This document shows, piece by piece, positions 1 to 13,800 of a stretch of 64,000 nt of DNA. The stretch is from Eutreptiella sp. 'Long Island Sound 2002' (Eukaryota > Protista > Euglenida). The position numbers and the translations under genes were made by a program. The stretch lies in contig OZ038378.1 in assembly GCA_964036045.1 (NCBI GenBank), forward strand, positions 167,152,001 through 167,216,000, given 5' to 3'. The notes beneath the pieces were generated by a model. It was not told the DNA's origin. It saw nothing but the letters and a program-made list of their open reading frames with translations, and searched no databases. How positions within the stretch are numbered: position 1 is the stretch's first letter; every line of letters starts with the position of its first letter.

Positions 1-1965
1 CGTGCCGCTTGCTTGGGAAAATTGAGCCCCCCTATACACACTGTACATACATTGAACATCTTAGTTTCGAGTGATCTTGGGGAGGCTTAGGGGAAGGCTA
101 TGCAGCACGGCACTCACAAACAAAGTCGCCAACACTTCATCTCCGGATTGGCTACAATAGCGAGACAAACGGTACATTATGCATTGTGGTCATCTTTGGT
201 TAGTGCGTATGAGGAAGAACGTGAGTCCAATTGTCCCATCAATACCTCTAACACTTTTCCCTAAACTCGGAATCGTTGAATGCCTCGCCCCGATCCATCC
301 CTTCTTCCCAAATGGGCAGATCGCAACATAGTGGCTCACGGGTGCGACAACGTTGTTAGTCCGAAAATAATGAGGTATTTTCAATTTGTCAAAAACGACC
401 TCTCCTCAAAATCTAAATGCACCACAAAGTTCTTGGGCCCTGGAGATTTGTTGATCCACAACGACCACCAATAAAGCTCTTGATACACAACCAACAGAGT
501 TCTTGATTCAATATAATGGGGCAAGTTCTTGATCCACGGCAAAGTTCTCGATCCACAGCAAGGTTCCTAATTCATGAAACAAAAAAACTAACATGAAGGT
601 AACATGTCACTACAAAGCAAACGAACAACAAAAATCCTTGATCCAAAGATGCAACCATTAAAGGTTTTAAAAAAGTAAAGGATGGCCACTGTCCGGGCAT
701 GATGAACATCACCAACTAGCCCAAATGGATCAATCTAGAGCGCACCAATGGAAATTGAATCGAATTAGATCAAGGTGGTGCAAACCCCCTCCCCCGCGAA
801 ATGGATCGGGTCATGGATCGGGAACATAAAAAAAATTCCACCCCTCCTTACTTGTACTATCTACCTTACTAACGAGCAAAGCAATGTCATGCAATTCCAG
901 ATGATACCACAAAACATCCATGTGGCCGATCCCCCCCCCCCAACCAGCACAACACTGTGGTTATTGACGCTTGTGCGTTTCCATTTGCCTTGTCTTGACC
1001 CGCAAATGCCGCCCCCCCCCCGGAAGTGAGGCACCCCCCCCCCTAAAGTTAGCGCCGCACGGCAGAAGCCGGGATGGATCAACTAGTGAGGAGGGGAACC
1101 AAGGTATGAAATCTTATGCTAGGTAAACGCAGGCTTGCCCAAGACCCCTTGAAGTGAGGCACCCTGCCTGAAGTTGCCAATGCCCTGCGTCAACAACACA
1201 AGAAATAACAAATCGTGAAACTACATCAACCTCGGCCGCTTGGCGGAGTTCTCATCTTGCACGGGACCTTGGGAAAATAGAGCAAACACATCCGGAGGCA
1301 ATATGAATCCGGGAGGAAGCGGAGGCAACTCCGGCAAGGGAGAGAACTGGTGATGCCATGGAACCCATAGCCCGGGGCTTGGGCTTGCCTCTACCAAGTC
1401 TAGGACTTGGCTTTGGTTTTGGCTTATCGAACTGACCAAGCCTCGGATCGGCGACCAGGTTCCCAATAAGAGACCAGGGCCGGCTCAAAATCCCAAAAAT
1501 AAATAAGAGACCAGGGACTTGTATTTGGCACACTAGAGTACCCCACGACCCCAACCAAGTTGGTTGGTTACCAACTAGGCCTAACCAACCAGCGATCCGG
1601 CAGGTGGCGCGTCGGCACTGTCGCGCTCGCGTTTCATGGATTTATTAATCGTACTCCCCCACTACGGTGAACTCATGAGTGCAGTGCCATAATTATCATT
1701 ATCATGGTGGTATGCATCGCAGCGGATACAAAATTGTCGCAGCGGAGACAGAATTTTGGACCGAAAATCTTTAAGTCACTTGCCTCATTGAGCCTCTTGC
1801 ATGCTTCTACCGATTCGCATGACGAAGTACGTAAGCTTTTGAAAATTAGGAGGACTTGATCTACACGTGCACTAATTTGCATGGAAAGCTAACGCCACGA
1901 AAACACTTGCGAATCAAGTGTCTTGGTGGTTGAGTGTTCGTGCCATCGTTGGCCCTACCCCAATC

Positions 1966-2077
1966 GTGAAACTCGAATTTCCACAAATAGACTCGGTTCA
2001 TTATCGCCCATGTGCTCATGTCGCCCATGTGAAACTCGACTTTCCACAAATAGACTCGGTTCATTATCGCCCATGTG
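1966..2077. repeat. 63-bp tandem duplication
   Basis: GTGAAACTCGA(A/C)TTTCCACAAATAGACTCGGTTCATTATCGCCCATGTG at 1966 and 2029. Confidence 0.9.
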
Positions 2078-4809
2078 TGTTATGGGCGTGAGCCGTTATT
2101 GCTTTCTCGTTGCCCGCTGAAGGGGACATCAAATTTAGAATTGCAAGTATTGTCGATTTCTCGATTCGAGGTATCGTGGTGGTGAACCCTAGATGACGGC
2201 ATCTTCCTTCCCCACTTGAGGGCTCACGTTTATGAAACCTTGATGCCATGGGGCCCGCAAGCAACGGGTTGTCAAGAATGGAGCGATGAAATGGAACTTT
2301 GGAGAAGAATCGTTCTGGTTTCTTCGGAACACGAAAAATTTTCTTTGTCATGCAAGGCCGGATGTTGGTCATTTTGCTCATAGTGTGTTTAATTTTGAAA
2401 AAGTGGAAACACGGGTGCGCAACAACCGAGAAGCTAGGGAGGAATCATGTCTCGTGCATCCACCATAGAACTTCTAGATCCCCCGGAGGTCGGTTGAAAG
2501 AGACTCAAAGCCACAAGATGCGTTTTCGTACTCGGCAATTTCGGATTGTGCATCATGAAAATGGATTTCGTGAGGTGCACAATATTTTCTTTGGAAAGTG
2601 TGGTATGTGAAGTAACTCCGTTTGAGGTACGTGTGGGTGCGGGGCCCCGCATTTATGATCATCGATAGCTCATGAAGGGGCTCATGAGGCCTCTTGTCAA
2701 CGGGCGGATTATGAAAGAACACTTTGCCCTTTTGAATAGTAACGGCAAGCTTCATCTTCGGGATCACATTCCCAACCAGTGAACGGTCATGCAACATTCC
2801 GTTTCCGGTGTTTGTGAGCATTGTCCTTGCCTTCGCGCTATCTGCTTGCTCTTTCGGTGCCATTTTCCATCATCGTCCACCGTGCGCGACACGCATGGGA
2901 GTTAAGAAGCATTCGTTTACCCATGGACGAAGCCTCATGTGTTTTCATCAAAATTTGTCATGCTAGTTTTGCCCAAATGCGTCGTCATCATGAATCACTA
3001 TGATTGATTGGGCATCGTGAACTTGCACGACATCACGTGTCGTCGTTGTGAGCAAAAGTGTTGTGCGTGCAAATTGTAGACCCAAAGTTTTCTCCGCGCT
3101 TGCACGAACAAACATTGTTTGTGTTCTTGTTTTGTTTGCAGTTTTGTTTCTGTTTTGAGGTTGCTTTATTTTGTTTGAAGTAAGTGGGTTTGTTCTTAAC
3201 GTCGACAAAGTTTGACGGGAGAGAGTATTTTCATGTTGACGTTCACGTTCACGAACATCCACGCGCGTTCGTTACCAGGAACGGTAGGAGGGCTTTGGGG
3301 AGCTGGTGGTGGAAGACCCTACGTTGGGGGGTCCAATTTATCGTTTTTTTACTTTTTGTTCGCGCTTTGTAAACTTGCACGTTGACAAATTCTGGACGTC
3401 TCAATCAAAACGTTTGGAGGATTTTGCTACTTCTTTGGTCAACCCCAAATAGTAGATGTTTGTCGGCATTGTTCTGTTGTACCCTCGCCAAGGGTGTATG
3501 TACCCTCGCCGGCGCCACTTTTGTGCATAGCTATTATGATGCCCCGGCCGGACGGGATGGATCAATCCCGATCCTGCAAGGATGCATCGAAATCCGGTGT
3601 TGATCAGCACGCCTCGGGGCCGCTAGCCGCAGACCGGTGCATTGCACTTGGGCAAGAGCTATTGGACCAAATCACAACGATGCGAGAAGCCCAAGACTTT
3701 CAAGTGTGAGATGCTTCGTGCATGCGAAAGGCGTCGTCAACATCAATGCGAGGAAACCCTCACCTTTCAACCATGGGAACAACTTGAACCACACTTGAGT
3801 GTTTGTCAGCAAATTTCGGTTGGCACTCGGCCTCGAATGCATATGTGAGCAGCTTTCTTGTGCTTGTTTGGTGCTCGTGGGCCCCTAGTCTTCATCCGAG
3901 TCAACTATATTAAGATGTCTCATGGGGAGTAATTTCCCCCACCCATTGACTCAACATCATCCATTACAGTTTGGACTTCACCATTGCAATTGGGATGCAC
4001 TCATTATCTTTCGTTGGGGGGCTTCATGGACTAGAGGGATGCTTATGGTAGGTTCTGGCTCGCCCGTGGGGGCCCCACATACGACAAGGAGAAGCCCCCT
4101 CCCCACACGATGATAAATTTCATGTCTTTCATTAATTTCACAAATTTCGAAAAGTTCACGAAAATTTTACCTATTTTTCAACCTTGAAAAGTAGATTCCT
4201 AAATTGCATGTAATTTTCGAATCCTACCTTTACTACGTACACCTCCTCCTATTTCTTTGACTTTCGCAATCGGCAGATATTGTTCGGTCGTACGTTTGCA
4301 CCTGGCTGGGTCTTTTTTCTTTGACCTTTTCTTTTGGTATTATTTTGGTATTGGTATTGGTAGTTGGACGATTACTAGTTGAGACATGTTGCGACAAAAG
4401 TGGGGTGTGTTACTCTGGAAACTGTGCGCCGTAGAATTCCGCGTTCTGGTTGCAAATTTGATGCCACCAACCGATTTGCCCAAATTCCTCATGCCTCACA
4501 CGCAGGTGGACCCAAGCTCTTGGCCCGGTGCAACGGAATGCATGTTGCAAACCAAGCGCGTGGAGCTAGAATGGATGAAGAAAGACCTTGAATTGGTGTG
4601 TACTGCGCACTATGGGCAGGGTTGAAGTCCAGATCTGCGACCCTAAGACACTACCCTTTTCGTTCCTAGTGGAAGCCCAAATGTCGAATAGGCGGTTTGT
4701 GGTTTCGGTATCGTGTCATGAATCCCTTCGCGAAGCGTCCAAACGGGGAGGGCTCACTTGGAAGGCGCTCGTTTTCCGACCCAATCGTGCGTCTCGTGTC
4801 CCCTATTTT

Positions 4810-4849
4810 TGTGCTTGGTATTTCTTTTTTTTTGGTTGGGTGCTCGCAG
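4810..4849 (+). promoter_or_regulatory. Pyrimidine tract plus AG with no recognisable upstream exon: candidate trans-splice (or 5'-UTR intron) acceptor of gene A
   Basis: TATTTCTTTTTTTTTGGTTGGGTGCTCGCAG ends 26 nt before the tentative ATG at 4876. Confidence 0.3.
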
Positions 4850-4875
4850 ACTTTTGCCCCGCTGCGTTTCGACCC

Positions 4876-7800
4876 ATGCTCCCCACCCGGAGAGTACGCC
4901 AGTCCGGCAGTGTCACAGTTTTGGTGCACGGTGTCTCTCATCAACGGGGTCCAGACTCCCTTGGTCTCTCACATTCTTTTCCCACCATACGCGCATGACC
5001 CTTAGTCGGATTCGGAGACCACGGCTACTTGAAGCTCCACTTCCCGCCCAGCCATGTAATTTGGTGTATTCCATTTGCAGTGCTCACTCTTGTGTACTCG
5101 TTTGCCCCACAACATGCTTCTTTTCTTTCACACGCACACACGCACACATGTTGGCATTGGCCTGCGAACGAGCACGAACAAGTATGCAGATGGGGATGGG
5201 AGCCTTTGTTTCTGACTTGCAACACCCGAACAATCTCAATTTGGGGGCTCGTTCTGACTTGTTGCACCCTAAACTCCCCCCCACATCCAAACCAACGGAC
5301 ACCTTGTTCTTAACGCAGCGGGTCAAGGAGGCACAGAGCCTCCGCAGCCATCATTACACCGAAAGCTTGTACCTGATGGAGGATCTCAAGGATAAGCAGC
5401 TGCAGATCAACATCCTGCAGCAGCAACTGACAGCACCGAGTCCAGTTCTGCCTCTCACTTCGCCACAGGTATGGCAGCCGCCATCCCAGGTGCAACCTGA
5501 GAACTAGGCTTGCCACCTGCAGCCTTTCCGGCCACAGATGACCAGTTCCACGAAACCTCACCACATCAACGCAACCCCGGCGACACCCCACCCCCGAACT
5601 GCAACCCCCTTTACCCTCCCTGCCTGTGATTCTCGTCCAGGACAGGAGAAAGCGTTGAAATGTATTCGTAGTTGTGCGCATGTTGGGTTGGTATCATGTC
5701 TTTTGCTTTCGTGCTTGAATACAGTTTTCTCAAGGCACGCAGAAGTTATACCGGCTGCGTTTGGATGCATCCCCGGCCATATTTTCCCTTGGGGGGAGGG
5801 GGGGGACGCCAGCCCAGCCGCACACTGCAACGCGGCACAGTTTTGCACATGCTGCCCCTGCGTGAGGTCTGCCGTTTCGCCTCTGCGTGCCCATGTTGGC
5901 TTGGTCTAATGTTTGCTTCTCACCTTCTTTTCTTTCCAACGCACGCTGCACATTGGCTCTACAACCGTGCGAACAACCGCATCGGACCCTAGAACAGGAA
6001 CCATGCAGGCAAAGGGGGGACCACCAGGCCCCCATGGCCAGATTTCGCCACCTCCATGTCCTCATACTGGGCCTCAGGAGTCGCCCGTTTGTCTGAAAGT
6101 ATCCCAAGAGGTACTCCAAGTATCACGGGGGACAGTGCAGGGCCCAGTGATGCAACGGCGGGACGAGATGTCGTAACAGGGGGGGGCGAGGGGGGCAGAA
6201 CGGGGGTCGCGGAGGATGCACGACCACTGTGCGTCATTGTGCAGCAGCCACACGAGCGCATTCACGCTGCATCTCTTCAATGGGGTGGGGTCCAGGGGTG
6301 CATTTCGTGGGGAGCAGTCCAAGAAAATGTATCCCAAGAGATGGCGCATTTTAGATGCCCCTGCCCGTGCCCAAAAAGGGCTGCTGCCCACCGGCCAGGC
6401 CCAAGGCCCTGCCCCGACGGAGTCATGCGCGTATGACATGCCACGAATGTGTGGGTTCTCTTCACAGAAGCGCAGCTCGCCGGGGCTGGGGGTGGAAGAT
6501 CCAGACCTCCAAGACGACGTGGAACCGCCCTCGCCTGCAGCGCAAGCCCCGCCCCCGAACGTCGTCGCCGCCCGGGGCAGGCACAAGGTGCTGCATTCCG
6601 CACGCAGCGAGCCAGGGTGGGGGTAGATCGTGGTGGCATTTGCTTTTTTGGTGTGGAGGGTTGTGGATGTGGAAGGCTGCGAGAGGTGCACAGGGGCAGC
6701 CATGTTTGTTCAGTGGTGTTGAGGGTTGTGGGCTGTTGTGGGTTGTGAGGGGTGCGCGGACTGTTGAGGATTGTCGAGGGGTTGTTGAGGCTTGCGGAGG
6801 GTTGTTCAGAGCAGTTGAGGGATGTTGTAGTGGCTCAGGAGGTCTGTGAATCGAGGGCTGTTGAGGTTGATTAGGGCGGACGGTTGTCGAGGGAGGGTTG
6901 TTCGGGGTTGTTGACATCGCGGGTTGTCCCAGGGAGTTGTGAGGGGTGTGGGGGCATTGTACTGCCCCCGTGGGCATGGTGCAGTGGGCAAGGGCTGCAC
7001 CATTCCAGCAGACCCCCAGCCGTGTGTGTTCCGCGGCTCATTTGCGGGAATCGACGTCGTCTCCTCTGCAGCATCCTGCGAACAACCCCGCGCCCCCGGA
7101 TTGTAGCCACCCCCAAGGCAGTGGCTTTCGCCACTCGTATGATCAAGACGCACAGCCCCCTAGTCTTGGGAGGTGCGCGTGGCCCCCGCGGGACTCCGTG
7201 GACAGCGACAATGATCTGGAGATTCGGAAGTTGGATGTGCTGGCAAACGTGTACCGTTCTCCTCCGGTGTGTTGACCTCTGCACGCGGTCTATCTTGGCC
7301 TCAGTCTCCCAAATAGTTCCCGCGGCACATCATAGCAACATCACAAATTCGCAGTGTGCTCAATATACTTCGCAGCAGGCAAGCTAGGCATGGGCAGTGC
7401 GGCAGGTCAGTGGTGTCAAAGTAGCACAATCGCGTCTGGGAGGCGGGTGGTTCGTTCGTGGTTCTCAGATCTGCACAAGTGTACCACGGACCCGTGCTAG
7501 ATGTCTCCGGACAATAGTGCGTTTTGGCGCCGTGGTGCCACCGACTATGCCCCCTTTTTTTTTTCAGGATACTGAGTGCACTGATGTTACAGCAACTCAG
7601 TAGCATTGCTGCAGGCGCGATGTTCAGGGAATCGGGCTCGGTCTGTGAAGCGGCCTACTATGTTTTTAGCAAACAGATGGCATTGGCCTGCAGCTTGTGA
7701 GCAGTCTGTTTGCGGTCATTCGCCTGCTGGAATTGCGGCACTGAGAGCATTGACATGACAATCGCCGGACATTCTCTCATGCCAATCGGCACAACGAAGC

Positions 7801-10800
7801 ACTCAAATACAACGCACGATTGCACACAGAAAGCATGCACCTTCATACTCCGAATGGTTTGCTCTGTATTTGAGGATTCCAGCTCCGAAGTTGATTGTGC
7901 TTCATGGCCTCCGACCCAGCCCCCTGCACGTTGTTCTACGGGCTACCCACACACATCCCGCCACGAATGCTGATGCTGCAACTCCACCCCACAAGTGGGT
8001 CCGATTTCAGCCCCGTTTTGATTTGAGTCCCCGGCCCTGACATGTGGAATCCCATGCAGGACCCTCTCACGTGTGACACTCGCCTGCTCTTCGTCACTCG
8101 ATGCTCATGGGTTGCTCTCTCGTACAGGCCCCTTGTGCGCGGGCCCGGACGTGTCAGGCCCGAGCCAGGCTCCGAGAAGAGCGACAGCGGCAGCGAAGGG
8201 AGGAGCGGGAGGAGGCGGCCGTGTCAGAGCGGCGGCGGGAGGAGCAGATGCAGGAAGATCGACTCGAGGAAGAGCAGGACGTCAAAATGATGAGCTTGTT
8301 CCGCCGGGATTGGGCTGAGAAGCGGAAAAGAAGGGTATGGATATTGGGTGGTCCAGTGTGCCGGTGGCATTAGGGTTGTGCTGGTGCTGATGCTGGTGCT
8401 CGTGTCGGCGCCAATGGGGGTGCTGGTGCTGGTGTTTCTGCTCGTGCTGATGCCTGTGCTGCCACTAGTGCTGGTGCTGGTGCTCATGCTGATGCGAGTG
8501 CTGGTGCCGGATGTGGTGCAGGTGCTGGCATACAGGAGGGGGGGGATTTCGCCATGGGAGAATTTCGGCGGGAAATTTTCGCCGTTACGAAAGGTGGCGA
8601 ATTTTTCCCCTGGCGAAATTTTGGCGGCACAGTGCCATAGTTCGCCACAGCTGCAGGATTGTGTCTTCTTCGCCCACGAACGCGCCTGAGCCAACCGTTT
8701 CTTGCGCAGATGCATGAAATCTGGTGCTGCTGCTCCTGTCACTGGTGCATGCAAATCCAAAAAAAGATGGCAGCCACGCACACTGTGTGATGCTCAGTGC
8801 ATGTCTTGTGTCTTTTATTGCAGTCGTTCAGGCGTATGACACTTGGAGCTTTGGGGATTTCAAGGGTTGCGAAATTTTCCCTGGCGAAATTATCCGCGGC
8901 GAAATTGTCCCCGCGCGAACAACCCCCCCCCCCCCCCCTGTATGATGGGTCGCGCTGGTGCTGGTGCTGAACACATGTGTTGGTGCTGTTGCTGTTGCTG
9001 CGGCTGCGGCTGCTGAGGCGGCAGTGCTTCGTATTTGCGCCCAGATTTGGCACCCTGCAACCGTTCGAAATGGATCAAGTGTTCATGAAGGGGGGGGGGG
9101 GGCTGCCAGAGGTTTTGTCCTTTAAGAGCCCCAATCCCTGCCCGCCCCCCCTCCCCGCTGGGAGGCGACGATGCCACTGTTTCGTTCTCAGTGCCACACC
9201 GGTGGGGTTGGGGCCTTGGGATTCAGTATCGCACCGCGCCCACCATGAGCGCACTGCACCCCAAAAAGAGTGCAGTTGCAACGACGAAGCGCAAACGTAC
9301 GCCCTCGGGAGAGTGCGGCAGGGGATAGTGTCAAGAGCAGCATGGCAGAATTACTGCGACGCAGACGACGGACGAAAGCATGAGCGTTAGTTCTGTCTGG
9401 CCATCATCGGTGGCGTAGGCGATTCAGTTACGGAGTGCACTGATGCGGAGACCCGGAGTCCCGTCCCAGCCCGAAAACTGCACAGGCGGCAAACGCTGAG
9501 TGACACAGAGAAGGTTCACGAATAACCAAACGGAGGGTCCCAATGTCGGGCCCACCCCGAATCTCAATCAGGGGCCCATCAGGGACGCCGCGTAGATGGT
9601 CTGCGGATGAGACGCGCGTCGTACAGGGGAACAATGTCTGCAGATGCGCCCGCCGACTTCCTTTTTGCCTCTCAGGAGCAGGAGCGGAACGAGAATTTTT
9701 CCCGGTGGGAGGCCGAGTGGTCCACATTGAGGCAAAGGGCGTCACTGCGCCGCCAAGAAGAGGTTTGGCCAGGGGTAGTGGCAGGGCATTGCCTGGGCTG
9801 GGGCTGTGATCAGACCACGAGCACATCGTGATGCAGATGCCTGATATCCCTGTCACGGCTCTGTCACGTCTGTGCCACATTCCTCTCTGTCACGTCCGTG
9901 GCATGTCTCTGTCACACGCCTTCTTGCCCAGCGTGCACGCTGTGTTGCGGTGGAAGAGAATGTGCGCCTCCCGGTCAATGCGGAGCACAGCCGCAGTCTG
10001 TACCTGGGGAGGCAAAGGGCGTCACACCACCGGTATTGTACCACAAATGACGTCGAAGAAGGCAGCATGAGTCCCTCATGCTGCCAGCACACTCCAGAAG
10101 CCGTGTTGAATGAAAGGGGCAGATTCCCTGCAGTACGCCTCGTATAAGACCAGGTACCAGGACCAGGGCCGTCAAGAACAATCGCGCTATTTGGGGGATG
10201 GGCGTGGGATGGGGGTTGGTTGCCCGTGGCAATGTCACAGGTAGGATCCCACACCTGGCTTTTTTGAGGCTGACAGTCACAGTCACAGTCACAGTCACAG
10301 TCACAGTCACAGTCACAGTCACAGTCACAGTCACACCCGTGGACCCGTGGACCCGTGGCACGTGACGCGTGACCGGGGGCGTTGGGGGCTGGCAAGAGGG
10401 ACCAATGCCCCCCTCTTATTAAGAACCCTGACCAGGACCACACACAAGCACGTCCCGTTTTGTGGCACATGGCTGAAAGCGAGCGCTATGGCTGATGAAC
10501 AGTCCCACTGCCCCAGTCTTCTGTCTGACGCACCGACCTGCTCTACAGTCTCAGGAGGAGGCTACGCGATCGGATGAGCTGCTGCTGGACGCCGAACGTC
10601 AACACATCATGACGCGGGAGAAGCAGCGCGAAGATCAGAGGCAGAAGGAGCGAGAGCAGGATGCGCAGTATTTGCAGCAGCTGTCGGAGGCGGACTCCCA
10701 GTGCGTGCAGCAAGCCACGCATCGGGCGCAGCTCTTGGAGGTAGCGCTGATGTTAAGGCTTAGGGTCACCGAGGGTCTTGTGGAGCACCGTCCAGATGTT

Positions 10801-13800
10801 CCCGCTTTCCACCTGCGGTGTCATTGACACAGTAGCACAGGGTTGCGCTCGAATGATGGGATGCGAGGCATTGGGGCCAGGGCCGGGTGTTCCGCGTTCT
10901 ACTGCAGAACGACGGATGCCTCAGGTCGGCCACTGGTGTGCGGTGTTGACTGGTGCCACCGCAGTTGTACTTGAGTTTTGACGTGTTCCATCCAGGTCTC
11001 AATTTTGCCGATCTGACAGACGCCAAATCCCTCTGTGAACGGGCCAGCCCCATGGCGTACAAGATGGAGACATGGATGACACGTTTCACACAACCAGGGA
11101 ATTTCTTGTGGAAGATGCGGCATGCACTTTCATCGAACGTGCGCGTCTGTCGTCCCATGAGTGCAGAGATATGCACAAGCTGATGTACAGGCTGGTCTTG
11201 CAATCCAGGTCGAATGTGGCCGGAACAGACATGCCACCAGTGTCCGGCAGGGACATTCAGATCTTGTCAGGAAGCACCCCTGTACCAAGTGCCACTCAGT
11301 AAGACCTGACCCCATCACACCTTGAGCTCATTAGGAACCAGCTGTGTCCATTAAATTGCTCTGTAACACCCAGCGCCACAAGGCTGTGTTGGCCGTGACG
11401 GACACTGGGGCCAGGTCCGGGCCGGAATCAGGGTGTAGAAAAAGGCAGAGTGCACGTGGGTTTGGCTCTGCGCGATAGCCAGCCCCCACATGTGCCTCTC
11501 CGAGAGAAGACTGCGGCACATGTGTATTGTGTTGCCTGCAATTGCGTTCGCAGGATCTTGGCAAGAAGCGCGAGGCTGGGGTGATGAGCGAAGACGACTA
11601 CAGGGCTGAGACTCAGCGTTTGCAGGAGATGAAGCAGCTGGAGGTGCAGCAGATGCAGTGTCATCAGCAGGAGAGGCATCGGCTGCAGGAGAGGGAGGCA
11701 CGGAGGGGAGAGCATGAGAAGATGCTTTTTGCGGAGGAGGAGGTGGCGGAGAACTTGATTAAGGAGCGCAAGATGCGGCGCAGCAGGTGTGTGCGTGCGT
11801 GCGTGCGTGTGTGTTCACTGGAGGATGCGTGTGTGCCTGGGTGTGCGGTGTGGTTGGGCATGTCCGTGTTTCTGTTTGCGAGTATGTGAACGTGTGTGCA
11901 TACGTTTGGAGGGCAACATGCCGGTTACGGTGTGTTACAGGTGTGCTGTGTACTGCTGCACAGTACTGCTTGCACCTCTGCGCTGCGTGTACTGAGCGAC
12001 TGGACCTTTGGTGCAGCGCCTTACCCCTCCGAGAAGTTAGCGATGTCAGTGAGACGTCACGCCAAGGTGCTCGCTGATGGAGAGGACTTGGTTGAACCCA
12101 GGGTGCAGTGAGCCCCGAGCACCAGTCGCTGAATGGTTCCTGTCTGTGTGTTGGTGTGTGTTAGTGTCTGGTTCTGGTCTGCGCTGCAGTTTGCGCTGCA
12201 GGATCTGAAGGTTGTCACGATCTGGCAAATACTCCACGTGCACCCACCTTTTGTATTGTACTGTCTTGTGTGCTACAAGAGTGTGCGCATACATGTGCGT
12301 GTGCGCGTGCATATGGCATACCTGTGGACATCCGTTTGAGCCCGGTAGCTGAGGTCTTGCCCCACCCTTGTTTTGGGCCGTCACAGCAAACACGCCAGTG
12401 ATTTCTACATCTGCTAATCTACACCCGCTCCACACTGCAGGCCAAAGGTGGCCCGGGGGGGGGACAACACGCGGAGGGGTTGAGCAATTGGGCCCCACGC
12501 ACACGGAAACGCGGCGAGACATGGACGACCCGGACGTGGAGGAGAGTGGGCAACAAAAACCGTAACCGACACTGGCAACCACCAGTACAACCCCAGTGCG
12601 CCAACTACTGGGCCCCGCTAGGGCGGAAACCACACCACAAGGAACACCGGCCGCAGCGGCTGTCAGAAAGCGTTGACCCGACGCAGCACGCGCAGGGAAG
12701 AGCGGGCGACTGTCCAAGGCCCCGTGAAGAAACCGCAACCGGACGAAATGTCGCACAGGGGGGGCTGGGCCAGTACAGGGGCCCATGGAGGACCAAATGC
12801 GACCCCTGAAAAAGAGCAAAGAGGCTGAAATCTGGCGTCAACCATGTCCGAATTAATACAAAAGGGGCTACAGAAAATTGCAAAATTGTGGGGAAATGGG
12901 TGGTACACGTTTTGGCTCCAATGGAAATTGGCTGCGATGTTTGATGCCCAACGAAATTGGCACCTCGTGTGGACGCGTTTGAATGTCAGGCGCCATGTAC
13001 ATACGCACGTTCTGGCTGTTATAGGGAGGCCCAAGACGCACTGAGGCGCGCCATTGAGGCGGAGGAGGATCAAAGGGCAATGCAGTATTTGGAGGAGGCA
13101 GAGGCGCGGGATGCACTGACCAGCGAGGCCCTGGCAACGGTGGAGGCGCAGCAGCTGCTGGAGAAGGAGGATTTTTGGAAGATGCGGCAGTACAGGCGGG
13201 TGTGTTCTTGGGGGTGTGGGAGGTGGGGCATGTGCTGACCAACGCCTGGGCCACAATTGATACACGGACTGCGCCCCTCAGCACCTCAGGCACCTCTCAT
13301 GCCCCTGCTGCTACGCCCCATATACACCCTTGACACCCCCATCCACCCCTCACCTACCCCGATACTCCCCTGTCCAGTACCACGGGGGGAAATTTGTAGA
13401 GAGGGACAAAATTGATGTGGACAAATTTGGAAGCCCTACCTCATACCAAATATTTCCTTCAATTTTAAGGATGCGAACTGCCGAAATGCGTGATCCATCC
13501 AGAGGCCACCAGGAAATATCAGCAAGCATCCAGAGCCCATCAAGACATAACAGTGACCATCCAGCACGCACCAGGAAATAACAGCAACCATCCACTAGGA
13601 AGCAAAGCAAGGGGCCTTATACCAAAATTTTCCTTCATTTCGAAGGACCAGTTCCAAATTTTTCCCTTCCTAATTTTAGCCCTCCCAAAAAAAGACCCTC
13701 AAATAAATCCCCCCGTGGTAGTGGTGAGCCTCACGTCCACCCTCAATATCTCTCATGTCCTCTCAATGCACCCCCCATCCACGGCCCACCGGCCACAGAT

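Noticed and set aside
6000-6420. Assignment of retroelement-like relics at 6.0-6.4 kb and 12.3-12.8 kb to a named family
   Set aside because: They resemble each other (GGCCC..GTGA..GGACGA(G/A)ATGTCG..CAGGGGGG) but no diagnostic protein motif could be read.
11964-12066. Candidate extra exon (STACTSALRVLSDWTFG..)
   Set aside because: Exon 11554-11786 (phase 2) joins 13025 directly and keeps the coiled-coil register; including this piece would need another unidentified exon.
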